Source: Podarcis erhardii (Eukaryota). From it: a stretch of DNA of 64,000 nucleotides. The position numbers and the translations under genes were made by a program. This document shows positions 26,053 to 38,867 of the stretch, one piece after another. The stretch lies in assembly GCA_964252035.1 (NCBI GenBank), contig OZ176210.1. The stretch is one strand, 5' to 3'. How positions within the stretch are numbered: position 1 is the stretch's first letter; each line of letters starts with the position of its first letter. The notes under the pieces are model-generated. The model was not told the origin of the DNA. It ran no database searches and saw only the letters and a program-made list of their open reading frames with translations.

Positions 26053-26300
26053 CAGTGGTACCTCTGGTTGTGAACGGGATCCGTTCCAGAGGCCCGTTCG
26101 CAACATGGAAAGGACGCAAACCACAGCGGCGCGTCTGCGCATGCGCAGGTTGCAATTTGCCACGTCTGCGCATGACGTCATTTTGTGCGTCTGCGCATGT
26201 GGCAAAACCCGGGAGTAACCCTTTCTGGTACTTCCAGGTCGCCGCGGGACGTAACCTGAAAGAACGTAACATGAAGCAGACGTAACATGAGGTGTGACTG
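26053..26300. mobile_element. Tc1/mariner MITE next to the exon 12 donor
   Basis: TA|CAGTGGTACCTCTGG...GAGGTGTGACTG|TA; inverse of 36630-36881. Confidence 0.88.
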
Positions 26301-26328
26301 TATTTAGCAAACATCTAAGTGCTTTTAC

Positions 26329-26501
26329 CTTTCGGTCTCCCTCTCTTTGAAGATACTGACACAGAGAGAGGCACGGGCATTCCAAGCACAGTACGGATCT
26401 CTTGCTAGGACGCAGTCCACACAGCTGGTGTATTTGTCACAAAACGCAACGGGAGACTGGACTACTCCAGCGTTGGACCCGGCATAGAGATATTGCTTCC
26501 C
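26329..26501 (-). CDS. SEMA4D: SEMA4D coding exon 12 (PSI domain)
   Basis: 173 nt, TTTCTGCAG|...AG|GTAAAA; [57 protein letters not shown](R). Confidence 0.96.
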
Positions 26502-26716
26502 CTGCAGAAAGAACATGGGGGGAAAGTTACAACTTTCTTTAGCATCTCGCAGGAACAGTGCCTTTGGGACAGTCCAGGACAGGTTACAAAACCCCCAGCA
26601 GAAATGACTGAATTCAACAGCTGCTTTCCCTCCACTCCACCCCAATGGCAGGGTTGGGTATTCTTGCTGTTCTGCAATCTCTCCTTCCCACAGCCCAAAT
26701 TCTTACTGAGTCCTAC

Positions 26717-26832
26717 CTTTTTCGAAGAAAGCAACAGAGTCTGAATGGGCTCAAAGTTTGGGAAGAGCTGCGTTTCTTCAATGATATGCATTCCGTTTTC
26801 GTAGCCAATGGCTTTGTGAAGGGCTCCTCGGT
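26717..26832 (-). CDS. SEMA4D: SEMA4D coding exon 11
   Basis: 116 nt, TGTTTCAG|...AAG|GTAGG; [38 protein letters not shown]. Confidence 0.97.
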
Positions 26833-28018
26833 CTGAAACAAAAGGGCCACACTTTGGTATATATAAAAATCAAAATACAAAACCAGCACACACAGACTAT
26901 AGTCTGATGTTTTCACCCCAAGGCTCCTGCTTCCTTCCCCTCATGCCTTTTATTGTGTTTTGCTACGCAGCTACCCAACCTTGAGCATTTTCATTCTCTA
27001 TCCAACTTTCATTTCATCCTTTAATTCCATTTCTTCTTCCAAACTGCAGTTGTTTCACCCTTTCTGAGCAGTTTGCTACCAGGACATGGGCTGGATTCTT
27101 ATACTTCAGCTGTAAACTTTTCTTTTTCCTTTTTGGTTAACCAAAAACCACCAACCTTTTTTAGACCAACCTTGGAATCCAGCGACATTTAAGGTACAAG
27201 CTCCCTCAGCCCCAGAGAGCATGGCAAAGAGCAAACCTAGGAGCTGTGTTCCATAAATATATGTGGACCCAAGGCTTGGGAACATTATGGACTACTCAAA
27301 GTGTAGACAAGCTAAGAGTGATGCATAAACGCTCGCCTGAGAGATGTCATACTTGGGTGAGGAAATTATCTTTCAACTTGTTCTTAAATCAACATAATGA
27401 TTTCATTACAATGCTGGTCTGATAGAGCCATTTATTTATTTTTAAAAGTACAATCCACCTTTCCTTGAAAAGAAAAATTAAGCCAACTAACAACTGGCAA
27501 TTAAACAATTCCTTTTTTTAAAAAAAGGGGGGGAAATCACAGAAACAATTACTACACAATTAAACAAAACCACATGCAAACAAAACTAAGGTAGCAACAC
27601 TAAGCATCCATCACCAAAATCTTTACTACATAAGAAGTGAGCAATTTTGAGGGAATTTCACAACAACGGTGCCATGACTGAAAAGGCCTTTTCTCTTGTA
27701 TCCAAGCTGCTGAAGCTCAGAGATCTGGGTGTAGAGGAAGGTTCATATGGGAAGAGGAAGTCATAAACGTTTTGAAGTCCTGGGCCATTTCGGAGCCTCA
27801 AAGGTTTAAAATGCAGGACTCTGATTTGCAAATATATGTGTTAGCAAACTAGTTGGCTGGAGTTCAGCCCCGATCTCACAGGCAATTTTTGCCAGTCTTA
27901 GAACCCAGGATGCTCTGAATTGCAACAAATATGCAGCTCACAAGACTAGCTCAATGAGCTGAAAAGCCACCTTATCATAGTGCAATGTTGTCCAGTTCTC
28001 AGAGTGCGGAAAACTCAC

Positions 28019-28241
28019 CTGTGCTGATGAACATGACATCATAGAAAGTGCCATTCAGGGCCTGGACTCGGTCTACCACAATCTGTGTATACTTCACATC
28101 TCTCTTCACCAGTCGGGGCCGGTCTCCAATTGGGGTCACAGAGTCATCCATCAGAGGATGGTCTTTGACAAACTGCAGGGTTTTGTCGGGTAAGTTGAGT
28201 GTAGTTGTGATATTGTCTGCTTTAGCCTCCTTGTTTATACA
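28019..28241 (-). CDS. SEMA4D: SEMA4D coding exon 10
   Basis: 223 nt, GGACAG|...G|GTGAG; [74 protein letters not shown](D). Confidence 0.97.
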
Positions 28242-28792
28242 CTGTCCCAAGAAAAATGTATGTCACATGATTAATGAGAGCTTTAAAAAGGAAGAGCAAC
28301 AGAATAAGCAAGATAGGGAAGCAGTTCTAAAACAGTTAAAGCATTGTTTAAAATAAAAACATTACAGCTGCTACCTTTTAAAATATGTATTTATTCACCG
28401 TGGGATAAGCCACATTCATATCTTTCTTTTAAGCAGAGGTGTGCTCATTCCATTGACAATCAAGAAATAAGCAAAGCATCTGCGAAGTTTGTGCAGTCTC
28501 CTTCCATGGAGGCCTCTGGTATTTGTCTCAAACATTATCTGATTGTATGAAGCAACAGCCATGTATGGCAAAAACATAACAAGGAGGTTCCCAGAAGTGG
28601 ATAAAATTGTCCTAAACCGTGCAAGTACTCTTTTGTGCAAGCTTTCACTTTATCTTAAAGTGGAAGAACATCTCTGTTCTCAGTGGCTAAAATATATCTT
28701 GATGATGGGATGCAAATATCTTTATAGGTAAATTGCATGTATTTTGTTCTTTTTGCTTGGTGCAGTTGTTTTGTGTACAGTGGTTTTGTGTA

Positions 28793-29019
28793 CAGTGGTA
28801 CCTTGGTACTCAAATGGCTTGGCTCCCGAACAGATCGGCTCCTGAACACTGCAAACCTGGAAGTGTGTTCTGGCTTGCGAACCTTTTTCAGAAGCCAAAC
28901 ATCTGATGCGGCTAAACGTCTCATGCAGCCAATCGGAAGCCGCGCCTTGGTTTACGAATGGTTTCAGGAGTCGAACAGACTCCTGGAATGGATTAAGTTC
29001 AAGAACCAAGGTACCACTG
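28793..29019. mobile_element. Tc1/mariner MITE
   Basis: TA|CAGTGGTACCTTGG...CCAAGGTACCACTG|TA. Confidence 0.92.
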
Positions 29020-29624
29020 TAGACTGCATTCAGATTTTACTATTCAGCACATTTTCTTGCTGGATTCTGAATTGCGTAAGTAGCTTCAGCCAACTGTTAC
29101 GTGTGAAGACCTCCTCACATGGTTCAAGTCACTCCTAACCATGCCTGGGACTCCCACCCCAAGGAACAATTTGCCTTGCGTGAATAGGATTGGCTCAAAA
29201 CATACGGACTATCATTTACACTGATAGCTTTGTGGGACTCATGCCATGCAAGTTGAGGTCCTGGAAGCATCCACACTGCACAGGAACATGTGAATGAGGC
29301 CGCTGGCAAGCACCCCAACACCTGCTGCTAAGGGACAGAGGAAGCTGCAAATCTAAAATAGCAACCAACTAAACTAGCCGACCCATATTCTCTATGGGTG
29401 TGTTTGCAAGGAGCTTCCTGTGGCAAACTGTAAAAGAGGAGTATGTCATGGGAGAAACCAATACCGGCATTGGGTTGTGTAGGCATCACACACCTGCTGT
29501 GCTGGTCCTCTCCATCTGCTAGGAAGGGATTAGCACAGCTTGGGGGGCCCAGAGGCATGTGGCACATGAACATTTGCTTATTATGAACAGGATCGTAACC
29601 AGTCCTCAGTTTATTCAGACTTAC

Positions 29625-29781
29625 CGCTCCAGGCCGGGGTTTAGGAATCTCTCCGTTGTATCGCAGCCATTTTGTGTGGGACTGCTCTACGGTCGCGATT
29701 TGCATGTACTTCCCTTTGGCAAAAACATCCTCCACTGTCGAGATGTTGTAGGCACAAACAGCTGATAGCCCGACGTTGTTC
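29625..29781 (-). CDS. SEMA4D: SEMA4D coding exon 9
   Basis: 157 nt, TTTTAAG|...GCG|GTAAGT; [52 protein letters not shown]. Confidence 0.97.
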
Positions 29782-29871
29782 CTTAAAACACACACCAAGG
29801 AAACCAAAATCAGCAACTTGTTTCACACTTCCTCAGAAACAAATACTTCCAAATGTTCAAGCGTTACTTAC

Positions 29872-30047
29872 AATTGTGGGGAGAAAACCCCGTAGATCAC
29901 TGGCTCCTTCGAACTTGGAGTCTTCAGGATGAAAACATCATTGACAACGTTGAAAAACAAATTTTTCTCTGGTACAGAGCAAAGCAACCTGGCCTTGAGA
30001 TAGGATGTCCATTTTTTCTGTAAAGTTCTGTGTCCACCTTGGTCCCC
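29872..30047 (-). CDS. SEMA4D: SEMA4D coding exon 8
   Basis: 176 nt, TTTTAAAG|...TT|GTAAGT; [58 protein letters not shown](L). Confidence 0.97.
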
Positions 30048-31243
30048 CTTTAAAAGAAAAATGCATTCAAAAGTAAGCCGATTCCTTTTCAAAAGTATAC
30101 AGAATTCTGCTACATTAGACTGAATAATTGCAACCAATATTTCAAGTATAGCTTATATGGACAAATTCGCCAAACAAGGTGGATTGAGATTAGCATTAAG
30201 AGGTTACTATTAGCACATATAACCTGTGAGAGATAGCTAAATTCAGTTCTACATTGTATTGTGTGTTGGCCCATCTAGTCTAGCTTCCAGTTCTTGCAGT
30301 GACCAGCCAGATGCCTTTGGGGAACCTGCAAGCAAGTCCCGAGTATAGAAGCACTGTCTGCACTTACAATACCTAGCAGCTAGCATGAAGAGGAATACTT
30401 TCTTCCACAGGTGAGGCAGAACACAGCCTTATCCTCCATGTCTAGCCCTCTTTTGAAAACATCCAAGTTGGTGGCCATCACCACCTCTTGTAGGACCAAA
30501 TCACACCCTTTAACCATGCACTGTGTGGCGAAGTCTCCACTCCCGGACATGAACTGCAGACTCTTAGGGCCTCAATACTCATGTGTCAGCTGGTTCAGCT
30601 GCAAATCAGCAGAGAGACTCCGAGATGAATGGTAAAGTTGATTCTTTTTTCCAAGGAAACATAATACAAACAAGAGAAACCTACAGTGAGACTGTCTGCA
30701 GGTAAAGCAGTTGCCAGAACTGATGATGTGGGCCTCCCACTTCCCCCTAAGTCTCTTCCCGATCCAGCTGTTTTCCTGGCAGTCTTAAACTCCGTCAGGG
30801 GACGGGACCCCTTGCATTTTTTGTTCTGCTACATGCAGAAGTCTCTAAGCCCTTGGAGACAAGGAGCTGAATACAGGACTGGCAGGCTCCCGTGAATCTG
30901 TTGCAGTCTCAACCCCACACCTCTTTCTCCGCTGCCTTGTCCTACGTCTGCAGTGCTTTCTGCCTCTCCTTCCTCTCTCTCACTCAAGCCTGTTGCTTGT
31001 TCACCATCCAACCATTCTGCCCCCCACTACAGCCTCTGATCTGTCTTCCATGTCCCACCACCACTCCTCTGGCTCTGAGCCTTCCTCCTCTGAGGTTCCT
31101 CTAGGGGGGGGGGGTTCTCCAGCTGCAGCTCCAACTATTCCTCATTGTCCGGCCAGTCCCTGACAACATGTTATATTCAAGGTCTGGGGAATGCTTCAAA
31201 ACCTATCCCAGTGAAGGGAGTATCACCGTTTTGGTTTATGGGT

Positions 31244-31600
31244 AAAGGTAAAAGGACCCCTGACCATTAAGTGTAGTCACAGACGACTCTGGGGTTGCGG
31301 CACATCATCTCACTTTACTGGCCAAGGGAGCCGGCGTTTGTCCGCAGACAGCTTCCGGGTCATGTGGCCAGCATGACTAAGCCGCTCCTGGCGAACCAGA
31401 GCAGCGCACGGAAACACTGTTTACCTTCCCGCTGGAGTGGTACCTATTTATCTACTTGCACTTTGACGTGCTTTTGAACTGCTAGGTTGGCAGGAGCAGG
31501 GACCAAGCAAAGGGTGCTCACCCTGTCGCGGGGATTCAAACCACAACCTTCTGATCGGCCAGCCCTAGCCTCTGTGGTTTAGACCACAGCACCACCTGCC
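31244..31600 (-). mobile_element. Sauria SINE
   Basis: ggtaaagg tail at left, tRNA-like head at right; TTATGGG on both sides (TSD). Confidence 0.9.
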
Positions 31601-32235
31601 TTATGGGAGGAACGCCCAAATCTACCCAATGTCAGCATTACAATGTCACCCCCAAAATAGAGCAAACGCCAGTTTGGAGACCAGCTAATGAGTGGGCTCC
31701 CTTCCACCACAGTGGAAAGAGCCATGCTTACCAATCTAAAAAAATGTAACCTTCATCCAGCAAAGAATGAATTTTAAATGCGAGCCTCTTATGGGTGAAA
31801 TATACATTAAGCATTAAAGCACCAACTGTGCTCTCCCAATTTTTGCCGTGTCTGCACTTTTCGAAAAAAGCAGATGTCTTAATATGAAATGCATTCGAGG
31901 TAAGCAAGGATTTTATTTTTCACCGAGGCGGTTTCAAAATAATGGTAGGCAATTTATTTTCCTATGTAACAAAAAATGCACATATTTTCCTCCTCCAATC
32001 TATATATAGCTCCACACAAATCGTTAAGAATGAGAACCCAGTCACTTGACTGCAATAGTGCTGGTTAAAAGCAATGACAGACAGCCAGCAGACAAGAGGA
32101 CCATCACAACCAGATTTACTTCAAGCTACTGAGATCTCATAAATCTTGCAGAGTGTATCAGGTTCTGTTGCTTAATTACATCCAATGAGTTTTTAAGCAT
32201 CTGGTTTTAAGATGCAACCTCACTGCCCCTGGAGA

Positions 32236-32236
<1 letters not shown>

Positions 32237-32286
<50 letters not shown>
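32237..32286. repeat. (ATCT)12 microsatellite
   Basis: Direct read. Confidence 0.98.
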
Positions 32287-33124
32287 GGCAGACAGCATGC
32301 TCAGTAAATGTTTCTGGAAATTTTGCAAACGTTTTAGAAATTTAACCTTGTTTCACATCAAGAGGTTTCCCCCCCAAAGCCAGGCAGCTACTATTATGTT
32401 TAAAAGGCATGAGAATGACAGAATTAGGGCTGGTTGCAATCGTTTTCTTCCAGGCTATGGCAGCTAGCCACCTGTCACATCACAGTCAAGCAAGAAATTT
32501 TCTTGGTGTGAGAAAAATGTTGGCTTTGTCTGGTACCCTTTAGAAATGCGTCTGGCATAGCTCAGGCATCCGGCTTCCCTTGAAATTACGATGGCTAGAA
32601 TTCAATCGACAGCTTATGAGTGATGCGTGAAGGGAATGAAGCGGGAGAGTATAAAGAGTTCTTGGTCTCTCTTATTTTAAAACTAAGAAAATTAATTTCC
32701 ACCATCATCTAATAACGGGAGCAACTTGGTTTCCCTTACTAACACAGAATCAACCAGTTTTTGAATGCAGAATGCAATCTCGAATCCTTTTTCTTCTTCT
32801 GAAGTCTCGCTAAAGCTATGTCCACACAGAAGAATCCAACAGTCAGGGATTGGAACTACAGTGCTCTGTTGGAAGCACTGCCAAAATCTTGAGGAAGGGA
32901 AAGACTCTCCTCCATGGAAAAAGCTCTGTGACAATTTCTGTGAAATAGGCAACACCTTCAAATGTGGCCCACTTTGTCCCGAGGCAAATTCCTTCCTGGC
33001 GCCAAATATCATCGACAGAGTAAAAAAGGTAAAAGCAGAGCTTTTTTCTAGGGGGACGCATACTCCTAAACATTTTGTGAATCTAAGTTTGGCCTCATTG
33101 AGGAGCAGTATTTGAATATGAGTG

Positions 33125-34124
33125 GGAAAATGGGTAAAAGGTAAAGGACCCCTGGACGGGAAAGTCCAGTCAAAGGTGACAATGTGGTTGCAGCACTCAT
33201 CTCGCTTTTCACGCCGAAGGAGCCCACGTTTGTCCACAGACAGCTTTCCGGGTCATGTGGCTAGCAAGACTAAACTGCTTCTGGCACAACGGGACAGCGT
33301 GACGGAAGTCAGAGAGCATGGAAACACTGTTTACCTTCCTGACGCAGCGGTGCCTATTTATCTACTTGCATTGGTGTGCTTTCGAACTGCTAGGTTGGCA
33401 GGAGCTGGGACAGAGCAACGGGAGCTCACTCCATCACAGGGATTCGAACTGCCAACCTTTCAATCGGCAAGCCCAAGAGGTTCAGTGGTTTAAACCACCC
33501 GTGTCCCGAATAAACAAGCACACAATCACTGATTGGTCCACCCACCATTGTGAGGCACAAAGCAATGAAGTTGATGCCTCCCCAGTTGCCATTGGCTGTG
33601 GGTTTCTTGTGATGTCACAAAAGCACTTGGCAACTGATTGGTTATAAAGTCAGGCCAAGGGAAAAGCCCTTTTCTGTTCCCAGCAGGACACACCTGGCAA
33701 TGGATGTGACATTCAGCACTGCCCAGGTTTCTTCCACTTGGAGGAGGCAAACTGGTGAATGGAAGGAGGCAATCCTCTGGCAGTGGGATGCTAGGGAGCG
33801 ATAATAAGGCAGGTTTGCTTGCTTGAAGGCTGCTGGTATCTGTGATTAGAAGCTGGTGGACGTCTCATGATGGACCTAACAGTAGCTTCTGGCACAACAG
33901 AACACCGTGATGGAAACCAGAGCGCATGGAAACGCCGTTTACCTTCCTGCCACAGTGGTACCTATTTATCTACTTGCAATGCCATGCTTTAATACTGCTA
34001 AGTTTGGCAGAAGCTGGAACAGAGCAATAGGAGCTCACCCTGTTGTGCAGATTCCAATCGCCAACCTTCTGTTCGGCAAGCCCAAGAGGCTCAGTGGTTT
34101 AGACCACATCACCACCCGCGTCCC
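33125..34124 (-). mobile_element. Composite element copy B: Sauria SINE 5' part + cargo + complete Sauria SINE, with TSD
   Basis: ATGAGTG at 33118-33124 and 34125-34131 flanks the whole 1000-bp unit; cargo at 33508-~33883. Confidence 0.9.
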
Positions 34125-34541
34125 ATGAGTGACAGAGTAACTCCATAGCAAGGCCATGCACTGCCTGTTTACCTTTGGGCAGGGCCATAACATGTAAGGT
34201 GAGCGAGTGGGATGTCCATTGCCAATTGTGCTGCTGGAAGCAGCCTATTAAAATACACTGGGCAGACCTGAGTGATAGCTGTTGTTCAGCCAGGTATGCC
34301 TCAAAAGTATCACCCCTTAAATTGGCTGCGACTGGCCAGTTCGAATTTAATTGGTAGAGAATCCCACTGCCAGAGCAGCTAGTGATCTCTCTGTAAGCCT
34401 GGACATCTGGAAATATAGACTGCACATCTGGACTACGGTGATTGGGGGGAAACTGCTAGCACACAAAACAGTCACAACGTTGTTTGCTCTCACCCCAAAA
34501 TTATTTGGAAACAAGGGGGAAATGGTTTAGCTCATTCTCAC

Positions 34542-34693
34542 CTTACAAACTCTGGCTATCCTTGGAATCATCAGCTTGCCAAGAAATTCATATTCCACAG
34601 AAACCTCAGTGAAAAAGAAATACACTTTGTCGTCATCCTCATCAGCACTGTTTGGATCAGCTCTTATCACATCGGCAAAAATGAAATTTGGTT
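34542..34693 (-). CDS. SEMA4D: SEMA4D coding exon 7
   Basis: 152 nt, CTCTAG|...AAG|GTGAG; [50 protein letters not shown]. Confidence 0.97.
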
Positions 34694-35454
34694 CTAGAGA
34701 AGTGAAATACAAAATTGCTTAATTTTAATAATTCCCCCACCTCTCAATATTTCCTGTTAATTACTTATTGTGGACACAGTAGCTGCTCCTTAGTCCTAAT
34801 ACTATATGATAACCTAGATCTTTGCTGCAGTAAACATTACCATTTCTGTATTTCACAAACTCTTCAAGAAAATTTGTATTAAAAAAGAGCTATTTTCACA
34901 AACTAAACATAGTGACATCAAGATCCAAACACACTTTTAAACTGAGAAATCTGCTCTACAATTCCTTGAATTTTTGGTGCAAGTATTTATACAGCCACAA
35001 GAACAACAACACTGCTCTTATGGAATAATCCTTGAAGGAATCCTGTTAGTTATTACAATTCAGCACTGACTTACAGGAAGGGGTTGTTAGTCCATATTCC
35101 ATTGTCATTTCCCCCCACCCCTCATCCCCTTTTAAGAGCATCTCAAAAGTCTCCTGATAATCGAAAATCAAATAAAGGATAAACCAAACCACAACACAGT
35201 TTCTTCAAGCTGCTTTAATGGATTTCATGAACTAAACCAAAGCTGTTTACAATTTCTGTTATTTCAAGATGCGTATAGTCTCCAACCCAGACAGAAGACT
35301 GAAACAACTGTGTATTTCTTGGGGAATGGCTGTAGAAAGAGATCTTTCTGGCTTTGGAAACGTACAAAAGGGGTACTATTTCGGTAAAGAGATTACTAGA
35401 CAGTACATTTTAGGCACATTCCAACAAATGTTTATTTCCCCCTCCAGATCTTAC

Positions 35455-35568
35455 CGTTAAGCCAAGGAATTGCATATTCTGTCCGTAAAGGATTTTGCAA
35501 CGAGTTCCTTGAAATAATTGGTTCACTTCCCAGGAAGTTGTAAGACGTTCCAGAGTAAAGATCCCCAT
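35455..35568 (-). CDS. SEMA4D: SEMA4D coding exon 6
   Basis: 114 nt, AAG acceptor, G|GTAAG donor; GDLYSGTSYNFLGSEPIISRNSLQNPLRTEYAIPWLN(E). Confidence 0.96.
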
Positions 35569-35649
35569 CTTTGCAGCAACAAAGGATTACATGGATTAAA
35601 AATATATAGTAGTATTTAGTAATATTTTTTCAAACTGAATGATGGCATA

Positions 35650-36001
35650 GGTAAAGGTAAAGCTCCCCTGACCATTAGGTCCGGTTGTGACCGACTCTGG
35701 GGTTGCGGCGCTCATCTCGCTTTACTGGCCAAGGGAGCCGGCGTACAGCTTCTGGGTCATGTGGCCAGCATGACTAAGCTGCTTCTGGCAAACCAGAGCA
35801 GCGCACGGAAACGCCGTTTACCTTCCCACCGGAGTGGTCCCTATTTATCTACTTGCACTTTGATGTGCATTCGAACTGCTAGGTTGGCAGGAACAGGGAC
35901 CGAGCTACGGGAGCTCATCCCGTTGCGGGGATTCGAACCACCGACCTTCTGATCGGCAAGTCCTAGGCTCTGTGGATTAGACCACAGCGCCACCCGCGTC
36001 C
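35650..36001 (-). mobile_element. Sauria SINE
   Basis: Full length, tail ggtaaaggtaaag, head ...gccacccgcgtcc. Confidence 0.92.
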
Positions 36002-36468
36002 GCTCCTCCTATTACATCTTCCATCCCCTCCCAACCTCTCCCTCCTGCCTGACACCTGCTTGCCGAAGGCCTGCACTATATGGCTATATTCCCAGCTGCC
36101 AGGCTCCAAAATACCTCTCCTCCCTCTCAATGAGCTAAGTCAAATTACCTGTTGTGTACAGTCCCCATTGTACCATTATTAAGATTTAATTCAAAAATTA
36201 CTCCACTGGATGGGCATTTAGTGCTGACCCAAATAACATTGGTTCAAACAGCTTTTAACCAAATTTGATAGTTTAAGAAGCAGAGGACACGATGGCTGAC
36301 ATCCAAAAGATTATGTGTCTGGTCATAATGGGAGGAGGAGCTTTTCACAAAACAATGGGGTAAATAGGAACGGCTCAAGAAAAAGGAACTCAAGATATTA
36401 GTACTAAGCATAGGATCTTCAGTTCTTCCTGTAACAGGATACAGAAACAGCAGGAGGTTTGTACTTAC

Positions 36469-36562
36469 CAACCATAACTGATGTATAACTTTGTGCCGGA
36501 TCAAATGGACACCTTCCTTTGCCATCATCGTTTCTACCCACAAGTTTAAACGATGTCAGGTT
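36469..36562 (-). CDS. SEMA4D: SEMA4D coding exon 5
   Basis: 94 nt, TTTTGTAG|...G|GTAAGT; NLTSFKLVGRNDDGKGRCPFDPAQSYTSVMV(D). Confidence 0.97.
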
Positions 36563-36629
36563 CTACAAAACAAATTAAAACCTCTTCTTTACTTTCCACA
36601 TGGAATGCAAACAACCACAACTCAGCATA

Positions 36630-36881
36630 CAGCCATACCTCGGGTTGAAGTAGCTTAGGGATGAATATTTTCGGGTTGCTCTCTGCGGCGACCCGGAAGT
36701 AAAGTGGCACGTTACTTCCGGATTTCACCGCTCGCGCATGCGCAGACGCTCAAAATGACATCACGCGCATGCGCGAAAGTGGCAAAACGCGACCCGCAAA
36801 CGCGCAGACGCATCTTACATTTACTTCAGGATGCAAACGGGGCTCCAGAATGGATCCCGTTCGTGTCCAGAGGTACCACTG
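36630..36881. mobile_element. Tc1/mariner MITE near the exon 5 acceptor
   Basis: TA|CAGCCATACCTCG...GAGGTACCACTG|TA. Confidence 0.88.
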
Positions 36882-38867
36882 TATAGCTCTGAATGCTTTG
36901 AACCTACCCTTTCAGTAATTAAGAGATACAGACTCATGCAACCACTTTCAGCTCTTTTTTTACATTATAAAGCCAACCTGGTGGAATAACCATGACGTTT
37001 CCAGATTTCAGCTTATTACATTCAGGCCCATGACTTAAGGAACAGATGGGTGAAATTCAACCTTTAGATACGCTGAGGCAATTTACAGGCCTGGTTCAGT
37101 ACCCAATGATTTCTACACATCAAAACGAAGCTGAAAATAGTTGTGAGAATCAGCCCTCTGTCCCTTTGTTACGCATAAGAAGTATGCACTTATAAAATAA
37201 ACGTGCAAAATATAATGCTTGTGATCTGGGGGGGGGGGGGAGAGACTTAAGTCTTTAAAGCCTGTGGCAGTTCCAATGAGATGAAATTAAGGTTGTGCTT
37301 ACTTAATGCTGGACTGTACATATTTTTAAACAAAATATTTATTTTTCAGTGGCATGATATTGTTATATGAATGAATTAATGAAACCATAAAGCGCAAAGT
37401 GCCAAAGATTATGATTTGGTGACATAGGAAAAGTTCATGTTTCTGTAACACAAAGTGTTTGCCTTTAAAAAATATATATATAACCTGGTGCTGTTAATTC
37501 TCCCATCGCACATACAGGCACATATGCATGAAAGTTGTCCCATGAAACATATGTGAGGATACCATGGGATTGTGGGGAATGACAAATGAGGACAAACGAG
37601 GAATGAAACAAACGAGGACTTCGGTGTGTTGTCCTGGTGTGCTAATACACACAGAGGAGCCAGCAGGAGGGAAGGAAAACATGGAGGTAGGAAGACAACA
37701 CAGTTTAGATAGCCAGACATACATTAGGAAAAGAACAGAGAGATCAAGCAAGCAGCAGAAATAAAGTAGATTGTGTCATGAAGAGTGACTGCACTTGGAC
37801 CATCTTCTATTGGCTGATTAAGCAGTTTTATGCACAACCCTTTCACCTGCAAATGCCTTTGTGCCTTCTATTGAGGTGTGCACCACTGAAACCAGGAAGT
37901 CACTAATCGGCCTAATTGTTTTCTGAAACTGTGTATTTAAATGTCAAAAGCTGCCCTGAGTGGTACATTTGCACAAGATGGGGAGAAATGAAATCAAATA
38001 AATAAAATAACCATAGTTTCAGAATTCGTACAAATTGGGAAACTATAGCTACCAGCTCTGATCTATTAAATCACAGTTATAAGTTAGTTTAATATTGTTC
38101 CGAAGGGGGTGCCACAGTGTCCGAATTAAATGGGAAAGTTCCTGGTTTAATCATGAACAGATACATGCACTGAGATATGGGCCGGTTGAGTTGGATAGAT
38201 ATACCTATGAAGAATTCCTGAGTGCCAAAAATGTCTCCAGGAAAATGAAAATGAGAAAAAGCCGGTGTATAGGTGGCAGCTGAGAGTAGAATAACCTTTC
38301 TCTTGCCAGAACGTGCCAGTATACTACCCAAAACAGTAAAGAACTATTCTGATGGAGGTTAAGCTTTTTAAAAGGATGAAATTGCATTAATGTAATTGGA
38401 AAGTGATTAATGTGTAAATAAGGAAGCTGGCTGTGGCAAGGCCAAGAAAGGACAAATTCTGGCAACGTTGCGGAAAAGATGATAGACAGACTTACAGATA
38501 AGGGAGACAAGAAAGGTCACAGTCTAACGTCAAAAATCCTGTTCTTGGGAACAAAGTAAGGTCCGAGTGAAAGGAGAACGATGGTAGAGTCAAGAGACAT
38601 GGAAGGTAGACAGAGGTGGATTTTTAAACACAAGGAGGACTTCATTCTGAAGTATTCAAGGCTATGGGGCTATGGCATAGCCAGGAGCTGACAGAGACAA
38701 GACAGGCAGAGAAGGGAATCAGAGTATTTAGGGAGAGACACAAAAGGGATGTCAGTCACACAGGAAAGTTTGAAAACTTATGTACATGTCCATGTTCTTT
38801 CATCACCCAGCTAAGGAAAACTGCTTCCGCAGTTGCCCCTAAAAGAAAATGTGTTCTTCCCGCTTAC

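Noticed and set aside
33591-33648. Resemblance of the cargo to an MHC SXY module (X2-Y spacing)
   Set aside because: No X1 box at the required position and no S box; kept only as a generic promoter-like cluster.
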